The notes under the pieces are model-generated. The model worked only from the letters and a program-made list of their open reading frames with translations. It had not been told where the DNA came from and did not search any database. Both the position numbers and the translations under genes were made by a program. Shown here piece by piece: positions 34,918-44,866 of a stretch of DNA of 64,000 nt. Where the stretch lies: the IMG/VR virus record IMGVR_UViG_3300046532_001046, positions 36,419-100,418 of that record. One strand, 5' to 3'. Within the stretch, counting starts at the first letter, position 1, and the number at the start of each line of letters is the position of its first letter. Source of the DNA: a virus.

Positions 34918-36416
34918 TAGGCAATACCACCGCTAACCCCAGCGAACGTGATGGTACGGAGCACGGGTAGGGAGATGGCAGAGGAGGTTGTAGCAGTGGG
35001 AGTGTGGTCCGCCACAGAGGTACCACCGGATGAAGCACCTAGGTTGCTGATGAACACGCTCTGTACACCTTCCACACTTTGTGCAGCAGACAAGATAGTG
35101 CTAAGTCTAATGATCATATTGAAATCTATGTTGTTCCAAGAGAACAGCGCCCTAACGGCGGCGTCTATGTTTGACTTCACAACCTCCTGATAATGGCCGT
35201 CTTTAACGATGACACTACTGAAGGCTACGTATACGTCCGTAAGACTGATAGTCGTACTGATGTTAGCAACAGTAACTCCAATCATGGACCTACTTTGCAG
35301 ATAGTTAGTCAGATTATTATGGATGTCAGTCCCAGCAGGACCAAAGTTAGGAGACCCTGCGGCCTCAGTCAAGTACAGAGTAGAAGTACCACTAGGAATG
35401 TTCTGATAGTTAGAATAGGTTGGCAGGGCTGCGTAGTTAACAGTCACTGCGCCTGAGGAAACTGTGGACAAGGCAACAGCCTTACTCGCACCAGAGAACC
35501 CCAGCATCATGGTCTTGTAATCGTTAAGTGTGACCGCCCTGTCCTGAATACGCCTGAGAGCGGGGGCGTTGACCTTAATGGATGCAAGATTCTCTGGGTC
35601 TGTCCCCCCTGAAGACAGCGCAGAAGAAGCAATCGAAATAGAAACCACCGGACTGCTCATCGTTGTGATTGCATTAGCAGCAACATTGCCACCTGACCCC
35701 TGCCCCACACGGTAGGTAGCAACCATAGTACTACCAGCGTCAGGCACCTTCCCGTTCACGCCATTCCCTAGTACAACCCGAGTCGTGTCGGTGCTGTCGG
35801 TTACAGAAGTGAACACAGGGGCAGTAGACCCCACCTCGCTTATCCTTGCAGTATGCGTATACGTAGTGGTCCCCACAGTCAGGGTCAATGAGTTAGGAAC
35901 TATCTTCAGTTCGGCCAGAGGAAAGGAGGTCCCTCTGTCCCCAGTGAAGTTAGAAGTCAAGGTTTCAGACACCGCTCTGCCCTCGGCTACCGGCACGGTG
36001 GCCGTGGAGTTTGCTGCTGCGGTAACAGCACCCGTAGAAGTGAAGTAGACCACCACCTTGGCCCCGGAAGCCGGAACCAGAAACACTGTGCCCTTGGGAA
36101 GGGTTATGGACGCTCCTGAAGAGTTGGACACGGTAACGGTAGTAGTGGCAGACGTGCGGGAGTTAGGTAGATAGCCCATCAGGCGAGCGATAGCCCGAAC
36201 AGAGGACGCTTGGGTGGCGGTGTCCAAGTAAGCCTCAGTGTACGCACGATCAATGTAATAGTTCTGTACGTCTGCCACGTAGGACCAGAGGTCAATAAGC
36301 ATCATGGTGAAGTCAGGTGAAGACGTGGAAGTCCACTCGGGAATGGTGGCTCTCGCACGCGCCACCAAGTCGGACTTGACTGAAGCGAAGTCCCTACTGG
36401 TGTAGTCGATGGGCAT
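34917..36416 (-). CDS. Baseplate J-like wedge protein
   Basis: IDYTSRDF.S....L....IPEWT, G.GVNG.VP, YRVG.G.GGNV, GG.DPE, QDRAVT..DY. Confidence 0.9.
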   Translation of the reverse strand: MPIDYTSRDFASVKSDLVARARATIPEWTSTSSPDFTMMLIDLWSYVADVQNYYIDRAYTEAYLDTATQASSVRAIARLMGYLPNSRTSATTTVTVSNSSGASITLPKGTVFLVPASGAKVVVYFTSTGAVTAAANSTATVPVAEGRAVSETLTSNFTGDRGTSFPLAELKIVPNSLTLTVGTTTYTHTARISEVGSTAPVFTSVTDSTDTTRVVLGNGVNGKVPDAGSTMVATYRVGQGSGGNVAANAITTMSSPVVSISIASSALSSGGTDPENLASIKVNAPALRRIQDRAVTLNDYKTMMLGFSGASKAVALSTVSSGAVTVNYAALPTYSNYQNIPSGTSTLYLTEAAGSPNFGPAGTDIHNNLTNYLQSRSMIGVTVANISTTISLTDVYVAFSSVIVKDGHYQEVVKSNIDAAVRALFSWNNIDFNMIIRLSTILSAAQSVEGVQSVFISNLGASSGGTSVADHTPTATTSSAISLPVLRTITFAGVSGGIA

Positions 36417-36426
36417 TATTTATTCC

Positions 36427-36855
36427 TTAAACTAGAGAGAGGCTGTTAATGGACAGGGAGTTAACAACCCCGATGGACACGGAGGCTGGGGTGTTGGGGT
36501 CGCTATTCAACTGGTAATCCACGTTGACATACAACGTAGCGTCCATTTCACCGGGACCACTCCATGACCCGTCGGGAGGGCGGGCAGTCACCGTCAGGGA
36601 CATTGCACGACTGTTGGACAGATTTCGATTCAGCATGTCCATAGTCTCTTCCTTGTAGTCAGCCACCACCAGAGAATCCAACTGCTGGAACAGCAAACGT
36701 CTAGTCGACGCCCCATAGTACGGCATCATCACACGCTCATAAGTGTTCGTCATAATCACATCAAGGATTTCTTGACGAGCAGTAGCATGGGGGTCGTCAG
36801 TAGTCTGGATGGCCCCTCCAGAGAACGTGAATGGTACAGCGATAGTGGTACTCAA
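36427..36855 (-). CDS. Baseplate wedge gp25/GpW-like protein
   Basis: I..V..T...ERVMMP.YG.....LLF. Confidence 0.85.
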   Translation of the reverse strand: MSTTIAVPFTFSGGAIQTTDDPHATARQEILDVIMTNTYERVMMPYYGASTRRLLFQQLDSLVVADYKEETMDMLNRNLSNSRAMSLTVTARPPDGSWSGPGEMDATLYVNVDYQLNSDPNTPASVSIGVVNSLSINSLSLV

Positions 36856-36856
36856 C

Positions 36857-37588
36857 TTAACCCCTCATCAATCTGGCCCATGTTGCTGGGCCTACGATTC
36901 CGTCTACTGTCAAGTTGTGCAACCGTTGGTACCGTCTAACTGCCCTAGTAGTCATTCTACCAAAGATCCCGTCGGGTGTCCCGGCATCTAACCCCAGTTC
37001 CCCCAGTTTCCTCTGTAGGACACGCACCGCCTCGTTCCTGCTACCCCTTCGTAGGGGTCGGTCACTGACCGTGGCAGCCAGCCCAGCGATGTACTCAAGG
37101 ACAGCGTGCCAGTCGATCTGGGGTTCCTTGACCTCCTCTTTGATCACTCGGGCCTTCAGAGCGGGGGCCTCAAACCATTCCGTTGACTTGCGGGGCTGGT
37201 GATGCCACCACTCCCCGTCAACGGTAGGGTGCATCCCGTACTCCTTGGCAATGGAGTTGATCTCCCATGTATGTAGGTCGTTATTAATACGGTGGAAGTC
37301 ACATGCGTAGCACCAACCATCCAGTTGCTGTTGATGCCAACTTCCTAGCCATATGCCCTGTCCATCAAAGCCGATAGGTCCAAAGCGGCGGTCAGGATTG
37401 GCAGCCAAGTTTCCCTTGCCAGAGAGGTATTTCTTATAGAAGTACGTCTGCTTTGCGTAGGACCGGCAGCCTGAGGAGACGGAGACACGTCCACGGATGC
37501 GGGGGTCATCGAAGAACGCTTCCAGACGCTTCTTAAAGCGCGGGTGTAGGAGAGAGAGGTCTACGTTACTCTTGGTGGTCGGTATCAT
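36857..37588 (-). CDS. Endolysin: M15-type Zn peptidase plus peptidoglycan-binding domain
   Basis: SGCRS..Q, SWH, D, EWWH; C-terminal LRRGSR...LQ..L...DGIFG..T..AV..YQ...L.VDGIVGPATW. Confidence 0.85.
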   Translation of the reverse strand: MIPTTKSNVDLSLLHPRFKKRLEAFFDDPRIRGRVSVSSGCRSYAKQTYFYKKYLSGKGNLAANPDRRFGPIGFDGQGIWLGSWHQQQLDGWCYACDFHRINNDLHTWEINSIAKEYGMHPTVDGEWWHHQPRKSTEWFEAPALKARVIKEEVKEPQIDWHAVLEYIAGLAATVSDRPLRRGSRNEAVRVLQRKLGELGLDAGTPDGIFGRMTTRAVRRYQRLHNLTVDGIVGPATWARLMRG

Positions 37589-38790
37589 GCTGACTCCAGT
37601 GCTGTTAGCCGTGTGGTTAGTTCCTGTATTGCCTTAATCATAGGCGATATTAGTTCGTCATACCTCAGGCCCTGCTTCTCATGTTCCTCCACGGCAGGCA
37701 GTCCGGGCAGACCTTCGTCTGCTGGTACCTCCGGCGAGGCTTCAATGGTTTCCTTGGTCCAGATGGCTGTGTCGGAAGCGTCAGCACCCAGCACTGATTC
37801 AACCTCTTGGGCGATCAGCCCGTAGTGTGTCCTGACCCCCTCCCTGCCGTCCGTGTGAGTCAACTTGAAAGACACGGGACGCAAGTCGTTGACGAAGTCC
37901 AGCCCCAAGTTGGAATCAACTATGTCAGTCTTGTAGTTCTGATCGGAGGAAACAATGGGGTTATTGACCAGATATATCTGGCTCCATTCCAGACCGGCAG
38001 AACCCAGATTGTAGTTAGCACTAGACCACGGATGACATCCCAACGGACGAAGCGTCCCGTTGAGTAGCAGGCTCGCTTGGGCATTGTCTAAGTGCAGATA
38101 ACCGAACTCATTTGAACCAGACATATAGGCTGGCATGAGTTGTAGGTACCGCTCAGACAGACCAGTGGACCTGATCGTGAGGCCACCATTGGCTACATTG
38201 GAGTGGCCGGAGTGGTACAGGTTGTACTTGGTAGCGGTCTCGTCATAGATGTACCAATCCCCTAAAGTAGAGGTTGTACCGCCGGTACCCATTCGTAGGC
38301 TACTCCCCAACTGGATAGCAGCACGATTTGTTGTTGCGTTGTTACTGGGGTTCACGTACAAACCAGTACCGGCTGTCCCCCACGGCTGTACTACTAAAGC
38401 AGCACCCCCCACGTTAGTACTTGTGTTAACACGAACCTGCCCTAAGTTTCCGGTCTCAACCTGTAGCATGGTTCCAAAGTGTGTGGTCTTGTCCCCGTCA
38501 ACACCGGGGGTGTCCACGAAGGTGTAGGGAGGGTCAGGTGGGACCGTGGTGTTGATCCAGAAGACGTTGGTGTAGTCCTCGTCCTCCCGACACACCACGA
38601 GGGTGTCACCTACAGCAGGCACCAGCCACTTGCTGTTGGCAGCATGGCTCTTCCTACCCCATAGGGTTATTGGTACTGTCCCTGTCGTAGAGGTTACCGA
38701 GGGGATGATTACCTGAATCTCTCCCGTGGCAGAGTTGGAGTACTGGACCTTGGCCCTATGGATCATGGAATCAGTGGGAGGAGTAGACAT
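37585..38790 (-). CDS. Baseplate spike (gpV/gp5 OB-like N-terminus) fused to a beta-rich region and an S74 intramolecular chaperone
   Basis: HRAKV...G.IQV.IP...VPAVGD.LVV...D...V.W; C-terminal SD.NYK.DI....GLDFV..L.PV.F...HYGLIAQEV...Y.E.I.P.IKAIQEL. Confidence 0.75.
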   Translation of the reverse strand: MSTPPTDSMIHRAKVQYSNSATGEIQVIIPSVTSTTGTVPITLWGRKSHAANSKWLVPAVGDTLVVCREDEDYTNVFWINTTVPPDPPYTFVDTPGVDGDKTTHFGTMLQVETGNLGQVRVNTSTNVGGAALVVQPWGTAGTGLYVNPSNNATTNRAAIQLGSSLRMGTGGTTSTLGDWYIYDETATKYNLYHSGHSNVANGGLTIRSTGLSERYLQLMPAYMSGSNEFGYLHLDNAQASLLLNGTLRPLGCHPWSSANYNLGSAGLEWSQIYLVNNPIVSSDQNYKTDIVDSNLGLDFVNDLRPVSFKLTHTDGREGVRTHYGLIAQEVESVLGADASDTAIWTKETIEASPEVPADEGLPGLPAVEEHEKQGLRYDELISPMIKAIQELTTRLTALESA

Positions 38791-39943
38791 GCTCTCTCCT
38801 CGTAGACGCTCGCCATGCCCCGGACTCCAACTTGGGGTGCGGGGCTGGACTGTACGTGTTTAGTATTACTGGGTTGTTGTAGGTGGCTCCCTTGGTAGTG
38901 CGACTGAGTTCCCATTCAGAGAGGAAGTGTCCTCGGTTGGTCTTCATCTCCATGCCCCGGACCAACCACAGGCCATCAAACTCCCCGTTAAAGCCCTCTA
39001 CCCCCAGAGCACTCCCCGGTACAGGACCAGCCACTCCAGTGGTGATCACCTTGGCGACGTAAGCATTATCGTAAGCACGAGAAGCCTTCAGTTGTCGTTG
39101 AGCGGCGAACACAGACTGGGCGTCGGCCCCATAGGAGTCATTCAGAGGAGACGTGATGGTGTTACCCGCTGGGGGGGAGGCGTTCAGGAGATCAGAGGAT
39201 GACACGGAAAGCAACTGTCCATCTGAATCTAGTACTGAAATACTCTTGGCAGTCATGTCCCCGAAGGCATGGGATGTACCAAACTCTCCGTTAAACTCTA
39301 TGATTCGTCCGGGGCCACCAGAGAAACTAGCAGTACCCACTGTCTGGATTACCCCAGAAGGTGCCCCGTGCTTCAATGCACTCATGGGGTCCCACACATG
39401 GATTTCAGTGCCGTGTATGTTCACGGCCAGTCCTGACATCTTGCACGCCTTCGTCAGGGCTTCCCAGTCAGACGTACCTCGTTGAGACATGCTTGCAATG
39501 GTGGAAGTGTTGTCAGGACAAGAGTAAGAAAACTGATAGGCAATAGCAAGTTCTGACACCATGTCCTTGACTGAGAAGTCCTGCCATACACGGGTTCGCT
39601 TCCCACGCATAGACGCACTAGCCCCGAGGCAGGACAGTGTCGCCTCCTGTAACAGGCTCCCGTTAGCCCTACCATCCCTAACCTTGTGCGTTGGCGTGAC
39701 ACTTACAATGGAACCAGCAAACGTATGGGAAGACCCGTCAGGCAAAATAATCTGGATACGGATAAGACGATCTACATAAGAGGTCACCGATGCAGCACCA
39801 ATGCCCGCCAGAATGACAGTGGCATGATCGTGCTCGTTCTCACGTAGACTGATGTCAACCCGTTCTACAGAACTGAGGACGGCGGCGTTGACTCCATCAA
39901 TCTCCACGACCCTCGTATGCGGAGAGGCTTCCGGCTGAAACAC
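38771..39943 (-). CDS. Baseplate hub (gpD/gp27-like)
   Basis: Synteny; Q...SDWE.L, PG.......FDGLWLV. Confidence 0.75.
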   Translation of the reverse strand: MFQPEASPHTRVVEIDGVNAAVLSSVERVDISLRENEHDHATVILAGIGAASVTSYVDRLIRIQIILPDGSSHTFAGSIVSVTPTHKVRDGRANGSLLQEATLSCLGASASMRGKRTRVWQDFSVKDMVSELAIAYQFSYSCPDNTSTIASMSQRGTSDWEALTKACKMSGLAVNIHGTEIHVWDPMSALKHGAPSGVIQTVGTASFSGGPGRIIEFNGEFGTSHAFGDMTAKSISVLDSDGQLLSVSSSDLLNASPPAGNTITSPLNDSYGADAQSVFAAQRQLKASRAYDNAYVAKVITTGVAGPVPGSALGVEGFNGEFDGLWLVRGMEMKTNRGHFLSEWELSRTTKGATYNNPVILNTYSPAPHPKLESGAWRASTRREHVYSSH

Positions 39944-39946
39944 GGA

Positions 39947-40198
39947 TCACCCCTGTGGTATTCGTAAACGAGTTCCGGCTGGGATTTCATCAGGGTAGGG
40001 AACCTGAGGATTCAACTCAGCGATACGCCAGTACAGTTGTGGATCACTCAAGTGCATGGACGCCAGTTCCTCAAAGGTCTGACCCTCCATAGTCACCACT
40101 ACACTATAGCGGGAGGAGACACGAGGCTTCCTCTGAGTCACCGCCCTGCCCTTACTGTTCGTAGTATGGGTGTACCGAGAAGATGGGGAGAGGGCCAT
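39947..40198 (-). CDS. LysM/Tail-X-like baseplate protein
   Basis: EGQT...LA...L.DP.LYWRIAELNP......I.AGT.LRIP. Confidence 0.85.
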   Translation of the reverse strand: MALSPSSRYTHTTNSKGRAVTQRKPRVSSRYSVVVTMEGQTFEELASMHLSDPQLYWRIAELNPQVPYPDEIPAGTRLRIPQG

Positions 40199-42675
40199 TA
40201 TTCTTTGAACTCCGCTGGCGTGGCGCCTATTCTGAGGCCGGTACTACTAATCATCAAGCCACCCAGAGAAGGGTGGTCGGGGTTTGTCCTATCATACGCA
40301 GCGCCATACTGCTTCATGTTATCTTCAAACCCGTTATTCCCCGGATGTTTATACAGGCCATCGTAGAAACAGTCACTACCTATTCCCTGAGCCGCCCCGC
40401 CGTGAGCCTCCATCCATTTACCATCCTCCATAACAGCAGTGATACCATCACTGCCATCGTCATAGCCCCGTAGGTCCCCTTTAAGGTCCTGTCCAGAAGT
40501 GACACCCCACTTGGTAATCCCGCCCGTATCAACGTCCTCTATTATCCCAGTCCCCTCTTGCCTAGGGGCTATAATCAGTATGCCTGTATCCGAAATGGGC
40601 AGCCAACCGTTGGATTTACTTGCCGCTGAATCAGTGTCCTGCACCGACACCCGCACTCGCAGGGTTAGGTTCTGCTGGTACTGTATTGTGTACGTCTCGT
40701 CAGCAGTACTTCCGATGCCGGTTAACACCAACTCATCTGGGAAGGGGACGCCGCTGGCATCATAGAACCCCTTGGCAAGGTCACATTTCCACTCCTCCGC
40801 CAGAATCTCCTCAGGGTCAGCGGCTGAGTTACTCCAGATCCACCCCTCATCCGGATCATCGCCAATGTCGAAGTTTATGTTCTCGGAACCGTATGTAAAC
40901 TGGTGCTTATAGAAGTCATCACCGTAGTAACCCTCCCCGCCATCGCCCCCCACCTCCATGATGGGGAACGACCGGGTGAACCACCCGGTGGCTTGATTCT
41001 CTGTCTGGCGTGCCGCTTCGTTTCGTACATTCGTATTACCGGCAGCGGAGAAGTCATGTTGGAAGGTATCTATACCAGCAGCGAACAGCAGTCTCCTCTG
41101 CTCGGTAGACCAACTATCGAAGAAGTGATCATCAGGGGTGGTGAACGCCTCCCATTCTTCAGTGGTCGCATTGTAGGACTGAACCGCCTTGCGGTAGTTT
41201 TCAAACCCAGCCTCATTGGGCACCCCGTCTTGCCACAACAGATTCAAGGAGGCTTGGGAGGTGGCCTTTAAGCGTGCCCGTAGTTGTAGTCCTACGTACC
41301 CCTGTACCTGAAGACTAGGCAGAATGTTAGTAAACCATTCCTTTGCGTTATCCGCACCACCGTTATTTCGGATGAACGAACCGAGGGAGGAATCATTCAA
41401 GTTACTCACAATGCCGAACGAGATAGCGGTGCTACCAGTATCTCTGTTTTGTATCTTCAGGGACGCTCCACCCCGAGGGGCCTGCTTCTCGTCGTCACCT
41501 CGGGCGGGAAGGCTGGCTGTGTAGTCTATTCCTCCACTAACCTTCCACTCATTCATCTTCGTGTTACCTTCATCTGAAAACTTGCTAGTCTTGCTGGGGC
41601 TGTGATCAAACCCTGCAAATGCAGGCGCTCCAGTTAGCCCCGCTGTCTGCAATGTATACTCGGTGGAGCCCACCACGGTTGCCTCAGCGTTAGCGGCCTC
41701 GTCTTCCCACATTCCAGACCCCGCCGTACCGCCCTCATCTGTCTCTATGCCTGCCAGTGTCGTAAACACAGTGCTCCGACGAGCAAACCCCTGATAAAGG
41801 GCGTGCATTGAGATGTCAACCACACACACAGTGGGAACCATGTCTGGGGAGAACTTCTGGAGAGACACAGACACCGTGTTGACATACCCGTCAACCATGA
41901 AGTTCTCAGAGAAGAGCACACGAATAGGATTGGGAATCAAGAACGCCGAGTTGGTCAGGTTTGCATCTAGCAGGGAGTCACGACGCTCCACAGAGATCGG
42001 CTCTTCGGGGCTGACATTCCCGTCTTCATCCTTAGTCAATGCCCATTTCTCTGAAAACTTAACAGCCGCTTCTGTGAGACGCTGTCCAGTGATTTGATCC
42101 AGCACCATGATGTCTGCCAGAACACCAATGCGCTCCGCTACCATTGGTTCGGAGGGGTTGTTGTTAAGCAGAGCGTCCAGTGATTGAGAGTTGCCACCTT
42201 CTGAGTGATTTCCCCACATCGAAGAACTATCCCAACGTCCCTTAGCATTAGCGTACCGTTGTACTTCTTCTTCACGATTGAATAGCATCTGCCAAGCGAA
42301 GGACATATCACCCAAGCCCGGAGTAAGCAACTCGCTAGGGGACTGGTTGATCCACAACTGTGTATCAGTACGAGCAGTTACCGAACGGACCAACTGGTTG
42401 GGGTTGAACTGGAAGTCCAACTTGGCACCCAACTGGCTAAGAGCCTGTAGGGCCTCATCGCCCTTAAACCCCGAGTCAACTACACCTAGATTTGATCTCA
42501 GCACCTGTCCCAGCAGACGTATGTACCCACGCTGGATATGAGAGTCAGTGGGGACAACGTGTGTGGTGTGTGAACTAAAGGGGGGGTTGGTCACCTTAGG
42601 GTCAGTAAACATCCCCGCAGAGCCCCCGGCGGTTCCCATCACCGCTTGAGTTATCGCCATCTCTCCCTGTGTCAT
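40198..42675 (-). CDS. Tube-initiator-like protein with a very long C-terminal extension
   Basis: After TMP; FQFNP..L, F..LFNR, P.RV.F......GYV..VSV..QKF...MVP....VDI.M. Confidence 0.65.
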   Translation of the reverse strand: MTQGEMAITQAVMGTAGGSAGMFTDPKVTNPPFSSHTTHVVPTDSHIQRGYIRLLGQVLRSNLGVVDSGFKGDEALQALSQLGAKLDFQFNPNQLVRSVTARTDTQLWINQSPSELLTPGLGDMSFAWQMLFNREEEVQRYANAKGRWDSSSMWGNHSEGGNSQSLDALLNNNPSEPMVAERIGVLADIMVLDQITGQRLTEAAVKFSEKWALTKDEDGNVSPEEPISVERRDSLLDANLTNSAFLIPNPIRVLFSENFMVDGYVNTVSVSLQKFSPDMVPTVCVVDISMHALYQGFARRSTVFTTLAGIETDEGGTAGSGMWEDEAANAEATVVGSTEYTLQTAGLTGAPAFAGFDHSPSKTSKFSDEGNTKMNEWKVSGGIDYTASLPARGDDEKQAPRGGASLKIQNRDTGSTAISFGIVSNLNDSSLGSFIRNNGGADNAKEWFTNILPSLQVQGYVGLQLRARLKATSQASLNLLWQDGVPNEAGFENYRKAVQSYNATTEEWEAFTTPDDHFFDSWSTEQRRLLFAAGIDTFQHDFSAAGNTNVRNEAARQTENQATGWFTRSFPIMEVGGDGGEGYYGDDFYKHQFTYGSENINFDIGDDPDEGWIWSNSAADPEEILAEEWKCDLAKGFYDASGVPFPDELVLTGIGSTADETYTIQYQQNLTLRVRVSVQDTDSAASKSNGWLPISDTGILIIAPRQEGTGIIEDVDTGGITKWGVTSGQDLKGDLRGYDDGSDGITAVMEDGKWMEAHGGAAQGIGSDCFYDGLYKHPGNNGFEDNMKQYGAAYDRTNPDHPSLGGLMISSTGLRIGATPAEFKE

Positions 42676-42677
42676 AC

Positions 42678-44723
42678 CTATGACCTCCTCAAGGTACGCA
42701 CGGCCTCAGATGTCTCAATCATACGAATAATCCTGTTCGCTAGCATGTCCGCATCAGCAGCAGTATTGCCTGACCCGTTCAAGTTGATAGTGGGAGATAT
42801 GACCACAGAACTTCCTTGACCGCCGTCCCCCATACCTCTAGTTGCAGGATCGACAGCCTGTATTGCCCCACTGCTGCGGTAAGATGTGTACGGAGTACTA
42901 CCAGTGGACATACCTCTAGTTGCAGGATCTCGTGGCAATCCCAACTTGGTAGCCCACGCACCACGCCCAGCATCAGACAAACTAGCCAAGTGTTGCAGCC
43001 ACGTATTCGACCCAGAAGCCGTAGGTCGTGGGGTAGCCACCGATGTAGCCCGCTTCCCAGTCACCTGAGAGGCACTGGTGATGTTCGCAGGGGCAACATG
43101 CCACGGCTCGCCAAAGGACTTTCCGTGGCGCAGACCAAACTTACCGGCGTTAGCAGTAATCCAATCGTAGGACGAGGGTGGCCCTAGATCAGCGGCGTAG
43201 CCCAGTTCATGGAGGGAACCACCGGGCGGTGCCGCAGGGGAGGCCCCCGGATTCAGCCTCCACGACTGGCCTGCCCACTCAACATCCCCCACCGGACTAT
43301 GGCGAGAGCGGAACAGCATCTCCTGCTTGGCAGAATCCCTAGTCCCACTGGTCAGGCTCAAGGGAACACCAGCACTGTCGGCTGCCGACTTCATCTTCTG
43401 AAGACTTGAAGCGAACCCACTGTTCATGCCTGCGTCCCTGAGGTGCTCAGTGTCCCCTGTTGCCCCGGACAACTTCCCAAGCCCGCCAAAGCCGGGTACC
43501 TTTCCTGCTAGACGCAGCCACCACTTGTTCTTAAGGTCGGCACTCAAACCAATGATGGGGCTGAGAGCCTCATCCAACTGTTGGAACTTCTCAATCAGGC
43601 CCTGTGTGTTCTTTTCCAGTTGGGCGTAGTTGTCAACTTGCTTCCTGTAGAACGACTCACCCCGTTCTACTTCTGACATACGAGTACGCTGTTCTTCCAT
43701 AGCGTAGGCGTCGTTAATCCCCATCAGTTTCCGATGGCTTTCGTTGGATGGGTCGTAGGACCCACTACCACCCATCTCCTTAAACTGCACATTCTGCTGG
43801 GCTAACTGTAGGACCATGTCCTGCATGTCTTCGGGCAATCCCATGCGAGACAGATTGGCGCGAGTCATTGAACCGGACTGTAAAGCCCCAGTAATACGTT
43901 CAGTGCTATCCAAGTTCATACGGTTGATGATGTTGTTGGCTAGTGGCATAACACCACGAGCCTCACCACCCGGACCCCAGAAACCCTTACCCATCATCAT
44001 GGTCATCAGGTTGGAGGACCCCGGCGAGGCCATTGCCGTGATCATCTTTGTGGCGTCCTCAGTGGTGTACCCGAAGCCAGAGGCGACCCTGATGGCCTCA
44101 ACGTCTTTAAGCATGGACGTTGGGTTGATACCCATAGTGGTCTGAAGTTTCATCATCTGCTCAACACCACCTTTGCCGATGAGCCCACCCGTCAAGGGCT
44201 GACGCCACCTACTCTGGTAGTCCAGTTGGGTGCCACCGTACATCTGCCTCATCAGCAGTCCCGTGCGGTCTGCGGTCAGGACGCCCCCAGCGTTCTCCTG
44301 AATCCTGTTACCAGCGTAACCCCACGCTGCCTTCCCTGCTTCATGTACCTTCCCGACGGCTGCGGCTCCAAGAGCCGCTGCACCCATCCCCGAAGCCCCA
44401 AGCACCTTCATAGCCCCGTAGGCCATGCCGGTCTTTAAGAAGTTGCCGTTGCTAGGAACACCCCCAGCAGGAGTCTTACCCCCGCCGCCACCCATGCCCA
44501 ACTCGGGCATCTTAATACCGGAGACGGTGGCGCTAAACTCGCGGGTTGACTGTACCAACCCCTTCATCTGCTTGTTAGTCTTCTCTAGTTCAGAAGAGAA
44601 CCCTGCAAATACCTTCGTGAACTTCTTTAGGGACTCCTCATCGAACTTGAGGCGCTTACCTAAACGAGCGAACGCTTCCTTACCAGCAGATACTGACTGC
44701 TGGTCCTCGTCGTCACTAGCCAT
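42678..44723 (-). CDS. Tape measure protein with an M15 peptidase domain
   Basis: Helical Gly/Ala/Met-rich body; TSGTR...Q, PPGGSLHELGYAADL, EPWH. Confidence 0.85.
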   Translation of the reverse strand: MASDDEDQQSVSAGKEAFARLGKRLKFDEESLKKFTKVFAGFSSELEKTNKQMKGLVQSTREFSATVSGIKMPELGMGGGGGKTPAGGVPSNGNFLKTGMAYGAMKVLGASGMGAAALGAAAVGKVHEAGKAAWGYAGNRIQENAGGVLTADRTGLLMRQMYGGTQLDYQSRWRQPLTGGLIGKGGVEQMMKLQTTMGINPTSMLKDVEAIRVASGFGYTTEDATKMITAMASPGSSNLMTMMMGKGFWGPGGEARGVMPLANNIINRMNLDSTERITGALQSGSMTRANLSRMGLPEDMQDMVLQLAQQNVQFKEMGGSGSYDPSNESHRKLMGINDAYAMEEQRTRMSEVERGESFYRKQVDNYAQLEKNTQGLIEKFQQLDEALSPIIGLSADLKNKWWLRLAGKVPGFGGLGKLSGATGDTEHLRDAGMNSGFASSLQKMKSAADSAGVPLSLTSGTRDSAKQEMLFRSRHSPVGDVEWAGQSWRLNPGASPAAPPGGSLHELGYAADLGPPSSYDWITANAGKFGLRHGKSFGEPWHVAPANITSASQVTGKRATSVATPRPTASGSNTWLQHLASLSDAGRGAWATKLGLPRDPATRGMSTGSTPYTSYRSSGAIQAVDPATRGMGDGGQGSSVVISPTINLNGSGNTAADADMLANRIIRMIETSEAVRTLRRS

Positions 44724-44866
44724 TACTTAGCCTCCACTTAGACATCTCGTTCCAGAAGGACCGCTGTCTCACTGACATATTACGAATGTCGGTTAAGGAA
44801 TAACCGGGGTACCCTTGAGCAATGCTGTCGTATTCCCAGTAGACGTGTGTCAAGTTAACCGAATAA
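44716..44866 (-). CDS. Tail assembly chaperone C-terminal extension (+1 frame)
   Basis: YWEY..I...YPGYSLTDIRNMSVRQR.FW is a typical second-chaperone segment. No RBS seen. Confidence 0.65.
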
